The notes below the pieces were generated by a model. The model ran no database searches and was not told the DNA's origin. It saw only the letters and a list, made by a program, of their open reading frames with translations. This document shows, one piece after another, positions 37,765-47,335 of a DNA stretch of 64,000 nucleotides (the first letter of the stretch is position 1; each line of letters starts with the position of its first letter). Source of the stretch: Bdellovibrio sp. (lineage in GTDB: Bacteria; Bdellovibrionota; Bdellovibrionia; Bdellovibrionales; Bdellovibrionaceae); the NCBI GenBank assembly GCA_036677065.1, contig JAKFBS010000004.1, positions 512,001-576,000 on the forward strand, given 5' to 3'. The position numbers and the translations under genes are program-made.

Positions 37765-40470
37765 GTAAGTCTCAAGCTCTTGAATTTTATCGCCACGATC
37801 GTATTTAGCGCGCACGTCGATTTTACGCAAATCGTATTCAGGAGACTCAGGAAATAACGGCGTCGATGTTGCCTTTAAATCTTTAATTAACGTTTCTGGG
37901 CTGAACTCAGGGTGTGTGTAAATATCAGTCGTTGCTAATTTCATGCTCTGTGCTTTTTTAAGAACTAAATCACCAATCACGCCAGCAACCGCAGGTGTTG
38001 CCATTGACGTTCCGCTGAATTTTTCGCGGTGATCAGAGAACTTCATCGCTAAATGCATTTTAAACGCAGAAACAGTGGCAACCACTTGGCTAAAACCAGC
38101 ACTTAAATAAGTTCCGATGCGGCCTTCAGCTTTATCATTACCTTTAAGGGCCGCAAAGATGTCTAGTTCAGCAAGTTTAGGAGCCATGCGCGAATCAGAA
38201 GTTCCAACCGGCGGAGACAAGGCCGGAATTTTTTTATTCACAACACTGATGACCGGAGAAAGATCGGTGCTCTTAATCGGTGATAATACGTCTTCACCAA
38301 CGGCAAAGATGATATTTGTTTTTAGACCCAATAACACGTTCGTAAAGTCTGATAAATCTTCATCAGGACTTAAGCTGCCAACACCTAGAATGTTCACTAA
38401 ATGATTATTCGGAGCAACGAAGTCAGCATTATCTTCAAATGGTTTTAAAAAACGAGACGATAAATCTACAGGTAAGGCAGAGTGCGTTTTGCCGTCAATC
38501 CATGTGCTTGAGTTACCTGCAGCAACCACGAATAAAGTGTCTTTAGCTTTAGTTGAGATAATTTCACCTAAGTGAAATTTTACGAATTCATAATTTAAGA
38601 ATGTAAAAACCGTACGTAAATCAATTTCAGGATCTAAATCTTTAAACTGCGGAATACGGTTATTCACTTCAGTACCTAAAGAAATGCTGGCCACTTTAAT
38701 TTTTTTCTCGGCCACGTGTAAGAATGATTCTTCTAATTCTTTAAAGAATAAAAAATCTAAAGGATTTTCTTCGAAAGCGACATCCATGCCTACTTTTAAT
38801 TTAGCCATTAAAAGCTCTGCAAAGGCTTCGCGTTCGCTTTTAGTTTGTGGCTCGGCATTTGGGCCCACGGGATTAATAACTACAAGCTTTGGTAATTTAC
38901 GGTAAATCGCGCGAGCAACGACAGGTTTTGCTAACCAAGCTTTAAACTCAGTGCTGAATTTATCTAAAAGTTGTACTTTTTCTTGTTTTGTAACTAACGC
39001 TGAACGTGTCGTGATACGGATTGGGTAAATGCGGATGTTTGTATTTTGTTTGGCAACGATACCAGAGGTGTGCGTTCCGTGGCTTTCATCCTGAGAAAAG
39101 TCTGAAATATACGGGTGCATAGTTCTAAAGAAATGTTTACGGTAAAGACTTGAGTGGTCTGATTTGAAATCAACGTCAAATAAACGGTGAAGTTCAGATT
39201 TGCGTAACTCGGCAAATGCGCGCGCTGCTTTTAAATAGGTATCTAGATTTCTGTTATAAGTTTTGAAGTTTAATTGCTCAACGGCTGTTTTTTCAATTGA
39301 GGTCACGGCATCGCCGTAAATTTTAATTTTAGCGATACCTGAATTTAAAGATTCGAAATAGCTGTTTTTATTTAAAGCTAACACCGGGTAATCAGTTGGG
39401 TTACGTAATAAATCTAAATTTGACAGTTGTTCATATTCAGTTTGGGTTTTTAAACTCATAATCGGGTCAGCAGCGATGCTGCCACGTTTATGGTATTCAA
39501 CGGCATTTGATAGAAAACCACAGGCACCAGACACTTCGTCTTCGCGAACTGTGTTTAGAGCGTGATCGCGGCCTAATCTGAAATCGACAACTTTTTCAAT
39601 CCCTGCTTTTAATTCGGCAAGCCGTGAAAACTCGTTCATAGTATCTTTGATCAGGTTAAACATTAAATCGCCGTGTTCTACCGAGTTTAAAGAAAAGAAA
39701 ATATCAGCAACGCCGCTGCCAGCCGAGAATGTCCAAGCTGTCTTATCAAAGTAGTAATAAGCTTCATTTAGGCTGCGCTCTTGTAAAGCTGTGCTAGAAA
39801 CCACTGCTTCACGAAAATTAAGGCTTAATAATTTTCCGGCTTCTAAATTTTCTTTGTAAGTTGCAGGGTCAAAATAACCTTTGGCCATTTTTTCACTGAT
39901 AATAAATTTGTATAAACCAAATACGTTAAAGGATTTATCGCTGATTTTCGCAAATAGTGACTGGCTTAAAACCGGGTCAGCTTTTAGCTTTTGCATAAAA
40001 AGTTTAGAAAAATCCGCATCTAACGATAACATTTTTTTAAATACGTTTTCATCGCCGTGAACGATTAAGCCATTTTTAATTTCAATCGCAGTGAAGGCAA
40101 AAAGTTCGGGGTTAATTAAAACGGCAGACGGGAAACGATCATCACCCATAAAGTCATGTCCTACGCCAGTGATTTTACCGTTTTCAACTTGGTAAGAGTA
40201 TTTTTCGATTAAATCAGGATGAGCTAAATCCATGCCGTTATCAATAACGGCAATATCTAGGTTCGCGCCGCGATCTTCAGTTTGAACACGTGCTGCGATT
40301 TCGCTTTGATAGCTATTAAGTTCATTGGTTTGATTAGCTAATTTTAAAAGTTCTTGCGGCAATGCCTGATTGTCGAACGATTCACGCGCTTTTTGCGTTT
40401 CGACCGAACAGCCACTCACTAACAGTAAACTTAAAATTAAACTAACGCTAAAAAGTAGAAATTTAGACAT
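37744..40470 (-). CDS. S8 subtilisin-like serine protease lipoprotein with large insertions
   Basis: Lipobox VSGC; AVIDNG; HGTHTSG; AAGN; SGTSMATPAVAG. Confidence 0.9.
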   Translation of the reverse strand: MSKFLLFSVSLILSLLLVSGCSVETQKARESFDNQALPQELLKLANQTNELNSYQSEIAARVQTEDRGANLDIAVIDNGMDLAHPDLIEKYSYQVENGKITGVGHDFMGDDRFPSAVLINPELFAFTAIEIKNGLIVHGDENVFKKMLSLDADFSKLFMQKLKADPVLSQSLFAKISDKSFNVFGLYKFIISEKMAKGYFDPATYKENLEAGKLLSLNFREAVVSSTALQERSLNEAYYYFDKTAWTFSAGSGVADIFFSLNSVEHGDLMFNLIKDTMNEFSRLAELKAGIEKVVDFRLGRDHALNTVREDEVSGACGFLSNAVEYHKRGSIAADPIMSLKTQTEYEQLSNLDLLRNPTDYPVLALNKNSYFESLNSGIAKIKIYGDAVTSIEKTAVEQLNFKTYNRNLDTYLKAARAFAELRKSELHRLFDVDFKSDHSSLYRKHFFRTMHPYISDFSQDESHGTHTSGIVAKQNTNIRIYPIRITTRSALVTKQEKVQLLDKFSTEFKAWLAKPVVARAIYRKLPKLVVINPVGPNAEPQTKSEREAFAELLMAKLKVGMDVAFEENPLDFLFFKELEESFLHVAEKKIKVASISLGTEVNNRIPQFKDLDPEIDLRTVFTFLNYEFVKFHLGEIISTKAKDTLFVVAAGNSSTWIDGKTHSALPVDLSSRFLKPFEDNADFVAPNNHLVNILGVGSLSPDEDLSDFTNVLLGLKTNIIFAVGEDVLSPIKSTDLSPVISVVNKKIPALSPPVGTSDSRMAPKLAELDIFAALKGNDKAEGRIGTYLSAGFSQVVATVSAFKMHLAMKFSDHREKFSGTSMATPAVAGVIGDLVLKKAQSMKLATTDIYTHPEFSPETLIKDLKATSTPLFPESPEYDLRKIDVRAKYDRGDKIQELETYLQSILN

Positions 40471-40586
40471 CGGGCCCCACCTTTGTTTTTTGATGCTTTG
40501 AATGCGATCACAACTAGCAGGTGGGGGTAGGTGAGTCAGTAAAATTTTGTTTTGCTGACTTTATTCAGCAACATTTTCGTGCTTAG

Positions 40587-41807
40587 TTATAAAGCAATTA
40601 TTCCGAGTGAGGTTTTGCGCTCGATAATCTCTAATTTGCCTGCAGAATTGGTTGAAACACCAAAGTCATTGTCATTAATAATGGCTAAGGTTTTATCATC
40701 TATTATCGTCAGGCCTTCGATTTTTTCAAATTCATGATAGCCACCTTGAACTAAATCAGCAGCTAAGGTTTTTTGTGCGGGCTTCACCTGTGATAAAAGT
40801 TCTTTCGCTGGGTAAGTCTCTGGATCACGCGGCAGTGGTGATTTTACAAGATTTGTGGCCTTCGTTAAATCAACTTTGTAAACCACGTGAACACTGTCTT
40901 TACCGGTATCGCCGTTTTGTTCGATCACATAAAAGTGCGTCTCGCTGACCATGACCAGATCGCCGATTTTATCCACTTTTTTCCGTGTCAGCGAGTATAG
41001 ATATTCACCTTCATACATTCTGGTTTTTGTGTTGAATACACCAATTCGAATCACAGAAAATTCTTTATCTTTATTGGCCTCGTTTACGCCTAGAGGGCTT
41101 TGCGACATAAAAAATATTTTATCATTTTTGTGCCCGATAGCTTCAAAACCGCGATTGAATTTACGAAAACTAAAAGCATGGGGAATTTCATTTTTCTTTA
41201 GTGCAGCTTTGGCATTCGCTGCCGGGATAATGCGCGCAAGAAGCTTTCCTTTTTCATTAAATTCTAAAATTGACGGCAGGTATTCATCACCCACCCAAAA
41301 GTGCTTGTTATTGTCGATAGTCATTGATTCAGAATCAACGCCATTGTTATCAGTTTCGATGTTTGTGCCATCTGTGTTCGTTGCTTGCTCCATTTTAGCC
41401 AATGAATCTTTTGGTGGTAAACCAGTCATCGGTTTATTTTGCAGATCTTTAAATGGGACAGTTTTAACGACGACAACTTTGTTTTCAACTTTGATAAATT
41501 TCAATTGCACGAAGCTAGGAGTAAAGTTTGGACTTATAAACGGACGATGTCTTTTTTTGTTTTTCTTGAATTCGGCGCCATTGGGTCCACGGTCTGTCAG
41601 TGTCCAAAATAGCAGATCGCCATTAGCTTCTTTTTTGATAAAATGAAGCCCCGAAAAGCCACCCCATTTAAAATTAAAATCTACAATGGTTCCTAGGGTG
41701 ACTTCGATTTGAGTGATTGGCGGTGTTGTCGGGGGTGTTACAGGGGTGCTAGTCGGAGCTGCTTGGCAAGCGAATACAAATAAGGGCAAAATAATTAAAA
41801 TTTTCAT
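40587..41807 (-). CDS. esterase-like activity of phytase family lipoprotein (beta-propeller)
   Basis: Lipobox VFAC; GGFSGL; LTDRGPN; DSES; DEYLP; NRGFE; KIEGL; NDNDFG. Confidence 0.88.
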   Translation of the reverse strand: MKILIILPLFVFACQAAPTSTPVTPPTTPPITQIEVTLGTIVDFNFKWGGFSGLHFIKKEANGDLLFWTLTDRGPNGAEFKKNKKRHRPFISPNFTPSFVQLKFIKVENKVVVVKTVPFKDLQNKPMTGLPPKDSLAKMEQATNTDGTNIETDNNGVDSESMTIDNNKHFWVGDEYLPSILEFNEKGKLLARIIPAANAKAALKKNEIPHAFSFRKFNRGFEAIGHKNDKIFFMSQSPLGVNEANKDKEFSVIRIGVFNTKTRMYEGEYLYSLTRKKVDKIGDLVMVSETHFYVIEQNGDTGKDSVHVVYKVDLTKATNLVKSPLPRDPETYPAKELLSQVKPAQKTLAADLVQGGYHEFEKIEGLTIIDDKTLAIINDNDFGVSTNSAGKLEIIERKTSLGIIAL

Positions 41808-41832
41808 CCATAAATTGTATAATTAAGTCTTA

Positions 41833-42210
41833 TTATGAAACAACTCTTAGCTGTTGATTATGTTTAAAAAAATTGTCGACGTATTCAATCAAGTGAAAGA
41901 TCTCTGATTTGGCAAAGCACTTAAGAACAGGAACGCCTACTTCTATGGCTTTTGCTTCTTGCGATCCAGAAAAGAAAATAAAAGGCACGTCAACTTGTTG
42001 GGTTTTAAGAAAATCGACGATCACTTGGCCATTGCCATTATCCATTTGATAGTCAGATATGATTAAAGCAAACTTTTCTTGGGTGGATATGGTGGTGATC
42101 GCCTCAGAGCCAGAGCTGGCTTCGACGACGATAAATTTATGTTTAGCCTGAAACACATTAGCTAAGGCAAATCTAATTTCTTTGTCATCATCTACAAGTA
42201 AAATTCTCAT
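41833..42210 (-). CDS. single-domain response regulator
   Basis: ILLVDDD; IISDYQM; FFSG; K. Confidence 0.88.
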   Translation of the reverse strand: MRILLVDDDKEIRFALANVFQAKHKFIVVEASSGSEAITTISTQEKFALIISDYQMDNGNGQVIVDFLKTQQVDVPFIFFSGSQEAKAIEVGVPVLKCFAKSEIFHLIEYVDNFFKHNQQLRVVS

Positions 42211-42342
42211 AAAAAAACCTCACATCTATATCGGACTTCAGAATAGCGAAGAGAGTTTTTTATATCCAATGGAGTTATCTACATATATGGAGAGTGCTTA
42301 ACAAAGATGTGGCATTTTGACTCGTTTTCAGAGGTATTCTGC

Positions 42343-42358
42343 TGGCACTAACGTTGCT
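42343..42358 (+). promoter_or_regulatory. sigma54 -24/-12 promoter
   Basis: TGGCAC-TAACG-TTGCT, consensus match; overlaps the ORF-track TTG start. Confidence 0.7.
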
Positions 42359-42371
42359 TTATTGGACAGTT

Positions 42372-44210
42372 GTGGAAACCGAACCCAGCTTAAACACTGT
42401 CAGAAAAAAACCAGATAAAAACGCCCCAAAATCTGGAGCAACAGCAGATAAATCTTCTGTAAAAGTTTTTATAGTCGAAGACGAACCCACCACAATCATC
42501 TTAACCGAAGCTATGTTAGACCAATTGGGCTATACGCCTGTAGGTGTGGCGACTAGCTTTGAATCGGCTATGGCTATACTTAAGGTGACTGCGGTTGATA
42601 TTGTTCTTGTAGATATCGTGTTAAGCGGCACAAAAACAGGCTTTGATGTCATCAAAGAATTAAATAAATTAAATATACCGTGCGTTCTTATTTCAGGAAG
42701 CATTAATGAAACAACATTAAATAAATTAGTGGATCTTGATGTCTATGGATTTTTACCTAAACCTTATGACCAGTTAGCTTTGGCGACAGCTATACAGTTG
42801 GCTCTTAAAAAGTTCAGCCGTATGCAGGATCGCATCTTTGAAGAAGCTGATGAAGTAAAAAGTCGTATATTAGCAAGCCAAGCTTTAGAAAAAGAATTTG
42901 GCATTTCAGAGAAGTTTTATTTAATCAAAAGAAAATCCGGTGATCAAAAAAATGCGCGAAGGCTTGGCCCTTTTTCATACCAGCGGGCTATCGAATGGAT
43001 AGTTGGTCTTAGTTTGTTTGTTGTCGGCATGGCGTGCCTTGGTTATTTATTAAACGAGCCATTTTTATTAATGTATGCATCTAGTGCGGCAACTATAAAA
43101 TTTAATGTCATATTGTGCACTTTATTGTTTATTTTTTCATTAGGCGTAGAAAACTCGTTTCGTGCAACGAAAGCATGGCGACGGGGTTCATTGTTTTCAA
43201 TGTTCATCGTATTTTGCATTAGTGGTCTAACCTTACTGCAATATATAATGTCTACGAATTTTGGTGTAGATGAATTTTTTATGCAAGATCGCTTTGCCAA
43301 TGAATTTAATTTGCCCGGCCGGATGGCGATTCCGACAGCCATTTGTTTTATGGCTCTGCCGTTAGCTTTATTTTTTAACCGTTTAAAAAATTACAAATAT
43401 CGAACACAATTAACTGAAGGTTTTGCCTTGATCGTTCTCTTTTTATCAATAGCGGGTCTGATCGGTCATCTGTTTAATCAAGATGAATTTAATCGTTTGA
43501 TTCCCTACTTGTCGCAATCACGAGTCACACTAGCCATTGAATTATTATTAAGTTTAGGTGTTTTGTATTTAAACCCTAAAAATGGATTAATGTCGATATT
43601 CTCAAATCAGCGGGTAAGCGCAAAGCTGGGACGCAAGATGTTGTTTTCGGTCAGCGGATCATTAGTTTTAATCAGTTTCTTAATCTACTATTATGTGCCT
43701 CAAAGTGAGTATGAAAATTTAGAAGTGATTTTTACTTTAATCACTACCATAACAATTTTGAGCACAGTTATTTTGTGGTCGACTTTAAAACAAATAAAAA
43801 ACGAGATTCACATCGAACAAACGATCAAATTATTAAAAAATCGTGAACGTGAACTTCAATTTGTATTGAAGCGTGTGCCATACCCGGTGGCCGTTTTGGA
43901 TAAAGACTTACGCTATGTTTTAGTGAGTCGTAAGTGGATTGAAGACTTTAACCTAAACAGTCATATTTTAACCGGACTTTCAATTTATGAAACTTTTGCT
44001 GCGGTTCCAGAGAAAATTCAAATAATGTACCAACGGGCATTACAGGGAGAAGTTATCAAAATGTCAGATGAAGAAATCGTTGATTCTTCGGGTAATAAAA
44101 TAAGTATTAAGGGTGAAATACGCCCGTGGTACGATATTAATGATCAAATTTCCGGGATTATTATTTTTTATGAAAACTCTATTTTTTTACCAGCGGATCC
44201 ACTTCAATAA
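42372..44210 (+). CDS. receiver + multi-TM + PAS signalling protein lacking an output domain
   Basis: FIVEDE...VLVDIVL...FLPKPY receiver; TM block; PAS PVAVLDKDLRYVLVSRKW...IRPWY; start moved to GTG 42372 because the TTG at 42354 lies inside the sigma54 box. Confidence 0.8.
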   Translation: METEPSLNTVRKKPDKNAPKSGATADKSSVKVFIVEDEPTTIILTEAMLDQLGYTPVGVATSFESAMAILKVTAVDIVLVDIVLSGTKTGFDVIKELNKLNIPCVLISGSINETTLNKLVDLDVYGFLPKPYDQLALATAIQLALKKFSRMQDRIFEEADEVKSRILASQALEKEFGISEKFYLIKRKSGDQKNARRLGPFSYQRAIEWIVGLSLFVVGMACLGYLLNEPFLLMYASSAATIKFNVILCTLLFIFSLGVENSFRATKAWRRGSLFSMFIVFCISGLTLLQYIMSTNFGVDEFFMQDRFANEFNLPGRMAIPTAICFMALPLALFFNRLKNYKYRTQLTEGFALIVLFLSIAGLIGHLFNQDEFNRLIPYLSQSRVTLAIELLLSLGVLYLNPKNGLMSIFSNQRVSAKLGRKMLFSVSGSLVLISFLIYYYVPQSEYENLEVIFTLITTITILSTVILWSTLKQIKNEIHIEQTIKLLKNRERELQFVLKRVPYPVAVLDKDLRYVLVSRKWIEDFNLNSHILTGLSIYETFAAVPEKIQIMYQRALQGEVIKMSDEEIVDSSGNKISIKGEIRPWYDINDQISGIIIFYENSIFLPADPLQ

Positions 44211-45123
44211 AGTTTTCAGTTTGTTCCCAATCGACGCTGGCTTCATATTTTGCCAGGGCAGCATCGACTCGGCGCAGAGTCTCGAGCGAGTTCTCAATTT
44301 TTTGAATTGCAGCGTCTTCTTCTGGGTGTCGTTGGCGTATTAACTGCACCGTCAGATCGATAGTTTGAAACGGGGTATTTACTAAATCACGAAGTTGAAT
44401 AAAGGCGCGCGCCATGTTTCGCAGTGAGGCCTTTTCAGCGCGATCAAGGTAATCGCGTCCAAGCTCTAAAGCACCGACAAGGCTAAAAATTGAAAATAAG
44501 GTGATCGTAAAAATTAAAATGTAATTATTAATACCCCACAGATAATGAGATGAAATAATTCCGGTACGAATGAGCGGGTAAACGGAAAGTCCAACGACGC
44601 CAATGCCGCAGCCGATGCGTAACATTAAAGTGGACGTGTTTTTTGATTTATAGCGAATACATAAAATGAGCGTTGTTACGTAAAAAATAATATTGGCTAA
44701 TGAGGCCATACGAAATAAGACCACTGTGGGATAGACTATTCCTGCAAAACGAATGGATAGCGCCGTAATAACAAGCGTTTTATAAAATCGGGATGTAACG
44801 AATTTAAAGGCCGGAAATGGCTGAAAAGCAGAAACGAAGAGCTGGTAAAAAGCATACACAATAAGGCCGCCAGAAAAGTGGGTGAGACGTTTTAAGATCG
44901 GTTCATTTTGTAATGTTGAAAATTGCGCGGGCATGTGATCATACATGACCATCATAAATTGAAACGCAAAAATCGCCAGACTTAGATTTAAAAGAGATTG
45001 ATGGCGAAATTTAAAATAAAATGAAATACATAACAAGCATGCCAGTACACAGATAGCTAAACTAAAACCTAAGATGACACTGGACTCAGTGGTTAGTAAA
45101 AGTGAACCAAGCAGTGAATTCAT
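44179..45123 (-). CDS. 7TM membrane protein with a degenerate HisKA-like C-terminal helix pair
   Basis: About 7 hydrophobic segments; LRDLVNTPFQTI resembles an H-box without His; no HATPase domain. Confidence 0.65.
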   Translation of the reverse strand: MNSLLGSLLLTTESSVILGFSLAICVLACLLCISFYFKFRHQSLLNLSLAIFAFQFMMVMYDHMPAQFSTLQNEPILKRLTHFSGGLIVYAFYQLFVSAFQPFPAFKFVTSRFYKTLVITALSIRFAGIVYPTVVLFRMASLANIIFYVTTLILCIRYKSKNTSTLMLRIGCGIGVVGLSVYPLIRTGIISSHYLWGINNYILIFTITLFSIFSLVGALELGRDYLDRAEKASLRNMARAFIQLRDLVNTPFQTIDLTVQLIRQRHPEEDAAIQKIENSLETLRRVDAALAKYEASVDWEQTENFIEVDPLVKK

Positions 45124-45494
45124 TTTTTAATCGCTGTTCGAATGGCTTCACATAAAGCGTTGGCGTACATGGGTTTTGTCCAGATTTCGGCACCGATGTC
45201 ACAGGCGGCTTGCACCATAGGATGAGTCTTTCCGTGACCGGTCAGAAAACAGATTTTTCCGGTATAGCCTTGTGACTTTAACCAGTGAAAGGCATCAACA
45301 CCTGTGGGTTGGTCACTGCCTAAGTTAATATCCAAGATGGCCACTTTAGTTTGTAAAACTTCAGCGCGGTGTTCGATAAGTTCAGCAAGACGGCTAAAGC
45401 TAAGTGCTTCTTCGCCAAGTTCAGATTTGGTGACTTCAGATAGAACTTCGCGCAGTTCTTCATTATCTTCTAAAAAAGTTATGCTTGCTGCCAT
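45120..45494 (-). CDS. single-domain response regulator
   Basis: FLEDN; ILDINLG; FLTGH; KP. Confidence 0.88.
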   Translation of the reverse strand: MAASITFLEDNEELREVLSEVTKSELGEEALSFSRLAELIEHRAEVLQTKVAILDINLGSDQPTGVDAFHWLKSQGYTGKICFLTGHGKTHPMVQAACDIGAEIWTKPMYANALCEAIRTAIKK

Positions 45495-45604
45495 GACGAA
45501 CAGAGTATGTGGTGAAAGGCTTTACCGCGCAACAAATACCATAGATAAATGATTGATTTGTGAGGCTGCGTAAGAATATCCTTACAGTATAAGGATACAA
45601 TTTT

Positions 45605-46816
45605 ATGATCTTAACAGTTCTTACATTAACGGCGTTAACAAGTTTTTTACCTCATTATAAAAGTGAACTTTTAGCTCGTACAAATGGTTCAAGTACCTAT
45701 AATATGCCAGCGTATAGCTCGATCGGTAACACATCACCAAGTATTAATGATCAAGGAGATGTTGCCTTTAAAATGCTCTCTGGTGGCTTTGATCAGGATG
45801 GTGACCACAGTGAACAGTCAGCTATTTGGTTAAAGACCAGCAAAGAAATTGATGGTCGTGCAGTTTATTTTGGCCCGAAAGAAAAGTTCATCGGTGATCC
45901 TGAAATGTTAAATCACGGAGACATTTTATTTACTTTATTTAATGAAGCTGCCAATGACGGCCTTTTTATTTATGAAACGAAAAATCAAGCCAGCAAAAAT
46001 ATTTTTCCGGCAAAAGACATGGCGGCATTAAGTTATGCCCAGTTAACTAACGATAGCGCTTATGTTTTTCGTACGACCGATTCTGAAAATAATCGTGCGT
46101 TTTATGAATGGCGCTCAGACAAACTTTGGCCGATTGTCGATGAAGATGACGGCTACGCGTATTTATTTGGCCCGAGCGTAAACGACCGTTCACAATGGTT
46201 ATTTAAAGCTCGTCTGGGTGAAAAGTTTAATTACGCCGAAGAAGCCAAAGACCAAATTGTTTTATTAACACCACAATTTACAGCCACGGGTGAGAAATCT
46301 TACCGCAAATCAATTATTGCCCAGGATAGTGATGCTGATGTGTTATCGCCGTATAAATCTTTTGATAATAGCCCTTTCTTATCTAATGCCGGCTATGCCG
46401 TGTTTGGGGCGACTTTAAAAGATAAAACCAGAGTCATCGTGGCGGTCAAAGAAGGAAAGCATTTTACCGTCGCGCAAGAAAAATCAGATAATATCTCGCA
46501 AATTGAAATGTTCTCGCCAAAAATTAACGACAACGGCCTTGTCGTGTTTCGTGCTAAAGATGAAAAAGGCTTGCGCGCAATATTTATAGCAAACCCTTTT
46601 GCTGTTACACCCGAGATAAAAAAAATTATTGGTGAAGGCGATGCGATTATGGCTGATCAGGGAATGGCTGCGATTCTTAAGCGCGATCAGTTTCCAGGAT
46701 TTGGTGGTAATATTGATATCAACAATCATAACGAAATTGTGTTTTCAGCCGTCATTGCTACAGAAAATCATAAATGGATTTTCGGCTCGGCTATTTACAA
46801 ACTGCACCCGTTATAG
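45605..46816 (+). CDS. secreted beta-propeller repeat protein (NxxGxxAF-type repeats)
   Basis: Repeats PSINDQGDVAF, PFLSNAGYAVF, PKINDNGLVVF, DINNHNEIVF. Confidence 0.75.
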   Translation: MILTVLTLTALTSFLPHYKSELLARTNGSSTYNMPAYSSIGNTSPSINDQGDVAFKMLSGGFDQDGDHSEQSAIWLKTSKEIDGRAVYFGPKEKFIGDPEMLNHGDILFTLFNEAANDGLFIYETKNQASKNIFPAKDMAALSYAQLTNDSAYVFRTTDSENNRAFYEWRSDKLWPIVDEDDGYAYLFGPSVNDRSQWLFKARLGEKFNYAEEAKDQIVLLTPQFTATGEKSYRKSIIAQDSDADVLSPYKSFDNSPFLSNAGYAVFGATLKDKTRVIVAVKEGKHFTVAQEKSDNISQIEMFSPKINDNGLVVFRAKDEKGLRAIFIANPFAVTPEIKKIIGEGDAIMADQGMAAILKRDQFPGFGGNIDINNHNEIVFSAVIATENHKWIFGSAIYKLHPL

Positions 46817-46931
46817 GGCGTATTGACCCTTCATCGCGGAAAATATCCCCAGGCGTTTTTTTTATTTCTCATTCTTAAACAGAGAGAGCTAAAATGCCTG
46901 CAGATAAACCCATAAGAAGGAGTATTTTGTT

Positions 46932-47333
46932 ATGAAAAAACTAGCTATATTTTTAACGGCATTTGCCATGGTTTCGGCGATCGCCGCGTTCGCAGCTGAC
47001 ACGGCAAAAAAACAAACCACCACAACCACGACCACAGAAAGTAATACGGTTGCCGGTGTTAAACAGGACATGGCCATGTTCAAACAAGAAATGTCTGTGA
47101 AGCTTGAAAGTGCTGAAGCCCAAATTACAGCTTTAAAAGAAAAAGCTAAAGTTAAAGGGTCTAATGTTAAACAAGCCACGATTGCAGATCTTGAAAGCAC
47201 GAAACTGAAAATTAAAAATGACCTTGCGGCTTTAGATAAATCCTCAGAGACCACTTGGATGACGATGAAATCAAAAATCGCAACGGCCATGGATGATTTA
47301 AACACTAAAACGCAAAAATTATTGCGTGAATAG
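46932..47333 (+). CDS. secreted coiled-coil hypothetical protein
   Basis: AGGAG RBS; signal peptide; Lys/Glu-rich helices. Confidence 0.8.
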   Translation: MKKLAIFLTAFAMVSAIAAFAADTAKKQTTTTTTTESNTVAGVKQDMAMFKQEMSVKLESAEAQITALKEKAKVKGSNVKQATIADLESTKLKIKNDLAALDKSSETTWMTMKSKIATAMDDLNTKTQKLLRE

Positions 47334-47335
47334 TT

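Noticed and set aside
42228..42255. TCCGATAT sigma28 -10-like boxes near 42228 and 16222
   Set aside because: No acceptable -35 element at 15-bp spacing
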